Assembly: GCA_945788205.1 (NCBI GenBank)
Contig: CALZLE010000247.1
Coordinates: forward strand, 1 to 43,325
DNA from: an uncultured Desulfuromonadales bacterium
GTDB taxonomy: Bacteria; Desulfobacterota; Desulfuromonadia; Desulfuromonadales; Geopsychrobacteraceae
Direction: 5' to 3'
Length of the DNA: 43,325 nt
In this document: in pieces, positions 37,626-43,325 of the stretch
How positions within the stretch are numbered: the first letter of the stretch is position 1
How the letters are laid out: each line of letters opens with the position of its first letter
Program-made: the position numbers and the translations under genes
Notes under the pieces: model-generated
The model's database searches: none
The model's input: only the letters and a program-made list of their open reading frames with translations
What the model was told of the DNA's origin: nothing

Positions 37626-38522
37626 ATGGACATTTTTCTACAACAGTTAGCGAACGGCCTAACCATCGGCAGCATGTTTGCTCTGGTCGCGCTCGGCTAT
37701 ACCATGGTCTACGGTGTCATGAAGTTGATTAACTTCGCCCATGGCGACATGGTTGCGGCCTCGGCGTTCGTCGGCCTGACCATCTATACCCAGGTGATGG
37801 GGCAAGCAACCTCACTGTTCGCAGTCATCGCCATCTTTTTGCTGTCGGCAATTACCATGGCAGTGATCGGCATTATTCTAGAACGGGTTGCTTATCGCCC
37901 CTTACGTGAAGCGCCGCGCCTGTCAGCAGTGGTTTCAGCGCTCGGTGCTTCGCTGGTGATCCAAAACGGCATCATGTTGATCTGGGGACCGCGGATGCGT
38001 ATCTTCCCGGAACTGGTTCCGCAAGTGTACTGGGACCTCGGCGGTGTGGTGATCAGCCTGATTCAGGTGATCATCCTGGTGCTGTCGCTGGTACTGATGC
38101 TCGCCCTCTACCTGTTCGTCGAAAAAACCCGCATGGGGGCTGCTGTTCGAGCCGCCTCCATCGATCAGGATGCCGCCCGACTGATGGGCATCAACGTCAA
38201 CAACATCATCGCTCTGATCTTTATCATTGGCTCCTCCCTCGGTGCCGTCGGCGGCCTGTTTATCGGTCTCTATTATCGCGGCATTACCTTCAATATGGGT
38301 TGGCAGTACGGCCTCTACGCCTTTATCGCTGCGATTCTCGGCGGCATCGGCAACATTCCAGGCGCCATGCTCGGCGGGATGCTACTCGGCTTGTTCAATG
38401 CCTTTATCGCCGGTTACGTCTCCAGCACCTGGGCCGACGCTTTTACCTTTATCCTGCTGATTTTAATCCTGATTGTCCGCCCCACTGGCATCCTCGGTGA
38501 GCGGGTTGCGGAGAAAGTCTGA
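37626..38522 (+). CDS. livH: Liv-type ABC permease
   Basis: LVALGYTMVYGVMKLINFAHG, ILGGIGNIPGA, RPTGILG. Confidence 0.95.
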   Translation: MDIFLQQLANGLTIGSMFALVALGYTMVYGVMKLINFAHGDMVAASAFVGLTIYTQVMGQATSLFAVIAIFLLSAITMAVIGIILERVAYRPLREAPRLSAVVSALGASLVIQNGIMLIWGPRMRIFPELVPQVYWDLGGVVISLIQVIILVLSLVLMLALYLFVEKTRMGAAVRAASIDQDAARLMGINVNNIIALIFIIGSSLGAVGGLFIGLYYRGITFNMGWQYGLYAFIAAILGGIGNIPGAMLGGMLLGLFNAFIAGYVSSTWADAFTFILLILILIVRPTGILGERVAEKV

Positions 38523-39478
38523 TGAAAGAGTTGCAGAAATTTCCTTACCCGATCTTCTTCGCCGTGATGGCGGTGCTCCCGCACCTGCTCAATGACCGGT
38601 GGCAGGCGGTCGCAATCACCTTTCTGATCTTTGCCGTAGTGGCCCTGTCGCAGGACATTATCCTCGGCAAAAGTGGCATGTTCAATATGGGCCAGGCGCT
38701 GTTCTTCGGCATGGGTGCCTATACCACAGCGATCCTCAATAACGAATACGGCTGGTCGATCGTCGCCACGATTCCGCTGGCAATTTTGATCCCGGCGCTG
38801 TTCGGCATTCTGCTGGCCGGGCCGATCGTCCACCTGCGCGGCGACTACCTGCTGGTCGTCACCATCGGCTTCAATATCGTTTTTGTTCAGGTGCTACAGA
38901 ACAACCTCGGTGGCGTGACCGGCGGCCCGAACGGCATTTTTGGCCTCGACTCCCTGAGCATTTTTGGCTACGACCTGATGAGCCAGATCTCGGTTTACTA
39001 CTTTGCCTTCATTGTCCTGTTGCTAACCCTCTGGGTGATGCACAACCTCGCCGGGAGCAAACCGGGACGCGCCCTGCACTACCTGCGCGAAGATCAACTG
39101 GCGGCCGAAAGTATCGGCATCAACACCCGCGTCTACAAAATTTTCGCCTTCGGACTTGGTGCTGGCATCGCCGGACTGGCGGGAACTGTCTTCGCCGTCC
39201 AATATTCGGCGGTCAGCCCGGAAGCCTTTGAATTTATCCAGTCGGTGCTGTTCTTCAGTATCGTCCTCGTCGGCGGTTCGTCGGTGCCGGGGATTCTGCT
39301 CGGGGTCTTCGTCATGTTTGTGTTGCCGGAGATCTTCCGCGAGTTTGCCACCTGGCGTTACTTTATTTTCGGCTTCGCGATGATCGCGGCGATGATTCTG
39401 CGACCACGTGGCATTGTCCCGGCCACCTTTGGCAAAATCCCCAAGTTCCTGATTAAGGGAGGCAGCCATGGCGCATAA
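38522..39478 (+). CDS. livM: Liv-type ABC permease
   Basis: LRGDYLLVVTIGF, TGGPNGI, AAESIGIN, RPRGI. Confidence 0.93.
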   Translation: MKELQKFPYPIFFAVMAVLPHLLNDRWQAVAITFLIFAVVALSQDIILGKSGMFNMGQALFFGMGAYTTAILNNEYGWSIVATIPLAILIPALFGILLAGPIVHLRGDYLLVVTIGFNIVFVQVLQNNLGGVTGGPNGIFGLDSLSIFGYDLMSQISVYYFAFIVLLLTLWVMHNLAGSKPGRALHYLREDQLAAESIGINTRVYKIFAFGLGAGIAGLAGTVFAVQYSAVSPEAFEFIQSVLFFSIVLVGGSSVPGILLGVFVMFVLPEIFREFATWRYFIFGFAMIAAMILRPRGIVPATFGKIPKFLIKGGSHGA

Positions 39479-40239
39479 TGAACTACTACTGACCGATGTC
39501 AGCAAGCGCTTCGGAGGCCTAACCGCCGTCGACGCGCTCAGCTTCAAAGTTGAAGGTGGTCAGATTTACGGCATCATCGGCCCCAACGGCGCAGGCAAAA
39601 CCACCGTCTTTAACTGCATCACCGGCATCTACAAATCTGAAGAAGGCTCGGTTCTCTGGCGCGGCGAAGAGATTCGCGGACTGACTCCGTACCAGATCGT
39701 CGATCGCGGTATCGTCCGCACCTTCCAGACGATCCGCCTGTTTGGCCAGATGTCGGTCGCCGAAAATATCATGAGTGGCCGCCACATCAAGAGCAACCAG
39801 CGCTGGTGGCACGGCATCATCCCCACTCCAGGGAAAAAGCGGGATGAGCTGGAGAACTGGAAGAAGGTCGAAGAACAGCTCGAGTTTTTCAAACTGAGTG
39901 AATTCGCCGCCACCCCGGTTGGCTCACTCCCCTACGGCATCCAACGGCGCGTCGAGATCGCCCGGGCGATGGCGGTTGAACCGACCCTGCTGATACTCGA
40001 TGAACCGGCCGCCGGCCTCAACGATAAAGAGACTCTGGAGCTGCTGGAAACCATCTTCAAAATCCGCGAAAAAGGGGTCACGGTGCTGCTCATCGAGCAC
40101 GACATGGACATGGTCATGGAAGTGACCGACTACCTGACGGTCATCAACTTCGGCAAAAAGATCGCCGAAGGTACCCCGGCAGAAATCCAGAAAAATCCGG
40201 CGGTCATCGAGGCCTACCTGGGAAGTGAGGATGATGACG

Positions 40240-40247
<8 letters not shown>
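39468..40247 (+). CDS. livG: Liv-type ABC ATPase
   Basis: GPNGAGKTT, RTFQTIRLF, LPYGIQRRVEIARA, DEPAAG. Confidence 0.95.
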
Positions 40248-40959
<712 letters not shown>

Positions 40960-40981
40960 AACATCATAAGAGGGTAAACAG

Positions 40982-41794
40982 ATGAACCTTAAAGATATCC
41001 TGGTCCATATCGACAATCGCTCAACCTGCGAATCACGGCTGCAGGTTGCTCTCCAACTGGCGAAGCAGCAGGGATCTCATCTCACCGGCATCTACGTAAT
41101 CCCGCACCCCTACTATGCCTCGAAGCATATCGACCAACTCCGGCAGGCCGATACGGCAAAAAAGATGTTTGAAGAATTGGTCGCTGAAGCCGGGCTGGTG
41201 TCAGACTGGATTTGCATCGACTGCGTCGAGAGTGGTCTTGACCTGCCACATGCCCTGAACCTGCATGCTCACTACCGTGACCTGCTGGTTGTCAGCCAAA
41301 CCGATTTTGACGCCCCGGATCGCGCAACACCCCACAACCTGCCAGAGAAAGCGGTCCTCGGCTCCGGTCGGCCGGTGCTGGTGGTCCCTTATGCCGGCAG
41401 CTTCAGAAAGTTCGGCAAACAGGTGATGCTCGCCTGGCGCGGCGGCCCGGAATCCTCCCGCGCTTTGCATGACGCCATGCCGCTGCTGCGACAGGCCGAA
41501 CATGTGCAAGTGATGACGATACAGGGGCAACATGGCGATGAAGTCTACGAAGCCCACGATGCCGATATCTGCGCACATCTGGCCCGCTACGAGCTGCCAC
41601 AGCTGTCGGGCGAAAAGCATGTTACCGGCGACTTGAGTATCGGCGACCTGCTGCTCAACCGCTGCGCAGATGAAGGGATCGACCTGCTGGTGCTCGGGGC
41701 CTTTTCCCAATACCGCCGGGGCCATCAATCCCTCGGCGAAGTCGGCCGCTACCTGCTCGAGTACATGACCGTCCCGGTCCTGATGTCGCACTGA
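40982..41794 (+). CDS. Tandem universal stress protein
   Basis: KDILVHID, GRPVLVVP, LAWRGGPESSRALHDAMP, DLLVLGA, PVLMSH. Confidence 0.9.
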   Translation: MNLKDILVHIDNRSTCESRLQVALQLAKQQGSHLTGIYVIPHPYYASKHIDQLRQADTAKKMFEELVAEAGLVSDWICIDCVESGLDLPHALNLHAHYRDLLVVSQTDFDAPDRATPHNLPEKAVLGSGRPVLVVPYAGSFRKFGKQVMLAWRGGPESSRALHDAMPLLRQAEHVQVMTIQGQHGDEVYEAHDADICAHLARYELPQLSGEKHVTGDLSIGDLLLNRCADEGIDLLVLGAFSQYRRGHQSLGEVGRYLLEYMTVPVLMSH

Positions 41795-41818
41795 TCTATT
41801 TCTGGCGGGGGCAGAGAA

Positions 41819-43243
41819 ATGAATCGAAGCATCCAGGAACTGACCTGGGAACATGACGCCATTATCAATTCTTCCGCTGACGGGCTGTTCGTCTGCGACG
41901 GTCAAGGTCGGATTCTGCGCGTCAACCCCGCTTCGGAGCGGATCAACAACGCCTCGGCCACGCAGCTGGTCGGGCGCGACTATCTGGATGTGGCCGAAGA
42001 AGGCTTGGTGATACTGCCATCTGCCGCCCTTGAAGCGATCAAAAAACGGGAACCGGTCAGCCTGCTGCAAGAGAATCGCCACGGCCGCAAGTTGATCTCC
42101 TCCGCCACTCCAGTGTTTGATGATAGCGGAGAGTTGATCCGAGTGGTGGTCAGCGAACGGGACATCACCGAAACCGACCGACTGCAGCGGCAACTGGAAG
42201 AACAGCAGGCGATCGGCGACCAGTTTCGCCATCAAGTATTAGAGCTGCAACAGGAGCAGCTTGACAGTCAGCAAGTGATCGCCAAAAGCCCCTGCATGGT
42301 CAAAGCGCTCAAACAGGCCATCAAAGTCAGCGAAGTCGATTCGACCATCCTGCTGCTCGGCGAGTCGGGAGTTGGCAAAGGCCTATTCGCCGATCTGATC
42401 CATAAAAATTCCGCTCGCGCCGAACAACCAATCATCAAAATCAACTGCGGAGCGATTCCCGAAAATCTGATTGAAGCCGAGCTGTTCGGCTATGAAAAGG
42501 GAGCGTTCACCGGTGCCGTCGGCAACAAGCCGGGCCACCTCGAACTGGCCGACGGTGGCATCATCTTTCTCGATGAAATCGCCGAGCTGCCCCTCGCCTC
42601 ACAGGTCAAATTGCTGCGTTTTATGGAAGATGGCAGAATCACCCGTTTGGGCAGCACCCAAAGTCGCCAGATCGATGTCCGCATTCTCGCCGCCACCAAC
42701 CGCGACCTGCGACAGATGGTCGACGCCGGAGCCTTTCGACTCGACCTCTATTACCGACTCAGCGTCATTCCTCTGTCGATCCCTGCGCTACGCGAACGAA
42801 AAGAATGTCTGGCGCCCCTGATCCGCTCCTACATCGAACACTTTTCCAAGCGCTCCGGTGGCGAAAAACGTCTGACCGCCGCTGCCCTCGATATTTTGGT
42901 TCGCTACTCCTATCCCGGTAACGTCCGCGAACTGATGAACATCTGCGAACGCTTGGTCGTGATGTCCGACACCAACCTGCTCGACGTTCTCGACCTGCCG
43001 CAATCGGTCCTTTCCGACTCGGCAAACGACATCGAACTGCAGCTCGGTAACTGGCCAGCAGAAATGAATATGTCCCAAATCCTCGAATCGGTCGAACGTC
43101 GGGTCCTGCTGGAGGCAAGCAAACGTCACCGCAAGCAACACCAGATCGCCGCCGCCCTCGGCATGAGCCAGCCGACCGTCGCCCGCAAGCTGCATAAATA
43201 CGGCATCAGCTCTCACTTTAGTGCCGAAGACATTAGCCCTTAG
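41819..43243 (+). CDS. Second sigma-54 enhancer-binding activator, PAS-AAA+-HTH, paralogue of 31416..33134
   Basis: GESGVGKG, GAFTGA, FRLDLYYRL, YPGNVREL, MSQPTVARKL; PAS segment nearly identical to the first activator. Confidence 0.95.
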   Translation: MNRSIQELTWEHDAIINSSADGLFVCDGQGRILRVNPASERINNASATQLVGRDYLDVAEEGLVILPSAALEAIKKREPVSLLQENRHGRKLISSATPVFDDSGELIRVVVSERDITETDRLQRQLEEQQAIGDQFRHQVLELQQEQLDSQQVIAKSPCMVKALKQAIKVSEVDSTILLLGESGVGKGLFADLIHKNSARAEQPIIKINCGAIPENLIEAELFGYEKGAFTGAVGNKPGHLELADGGIIFLDEIAELPLASQVKLLRFMEDGRITRLGSTQSRQIDVRILAATNRDLRQMVDAGAFRLDLYYRLSVIPLSIPALRERKECLAPLIRSYIEHFSKRSGGEKRLTAAALDILVRYSYPGNVRELMNICERLVVMSDTNLLDVLDLPQSVLSDSANDIELQLGNWPAEMNMSQILESVERRVLLEASKRHRKQHQIAAALGMSQPTVARKLHKYGISSHFSAEDISP

Positions 43244-43325
43244 TTCAAATCGCTAACCGAAAACCACGGTTAACAGAAGGTCTTTGACCTAATCAAATAG
43301 ATAAAGTAACCTACCTTTGTATAGC

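Noticed and set aside
41201-42235. 344-aa minus-strand ORF
   Set aside because: Antisense to usp and the second activator; no independent evidence

Overview
Bacterial chromosomal window, probably from a Desulfuromonadales-type deltaproteobacterium. This is inferred from gene content only (hisZ-purA, PEP-CTERM protein, cheV, selU, sigma-54 activators). Left end: tRNA-Glu, tRNA-Lys, purA and hisZ. About 3.2-16.8 kb is an accessory mosaic: a GH108 muramidase / lipoprotein / small helical protein trio, a sensor with a Cys4 C-terminal domain, a decayed RelE toxin, a PEP-CTERM protein, an IS91-like transposase remnant, a CadC-linked MacB/FtsX-type ABC operon, a monoheme cytochrome c, a decayed uup-like ABC-F gene, and a LysR-SDR-HCCA isomerase-tautomerase-haloacid dehalogenase cluster. 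corA and a large mscS lie between two copies of the pepA 3' end (40 bp exact direct repeat), which looks like an integrase-less insertion. Next come pepA, a lipoprotein, an unknown protein, selU, tRNA-fMet, two Sel1-repeat genes around cheV, and a double zinc-ribbon membrane protein. Right end: a sigma-54 proline catabolism locus (P5C dehydrogenase, monofunctional proline dehydrogenase, Liv-type ABC importer, Usp) bracketed by two paralogous PAS-AAA+ activators, with a readable operator motif and a GTAG-type REP doublet. All calls come from reading the sequence; no database searches were run.
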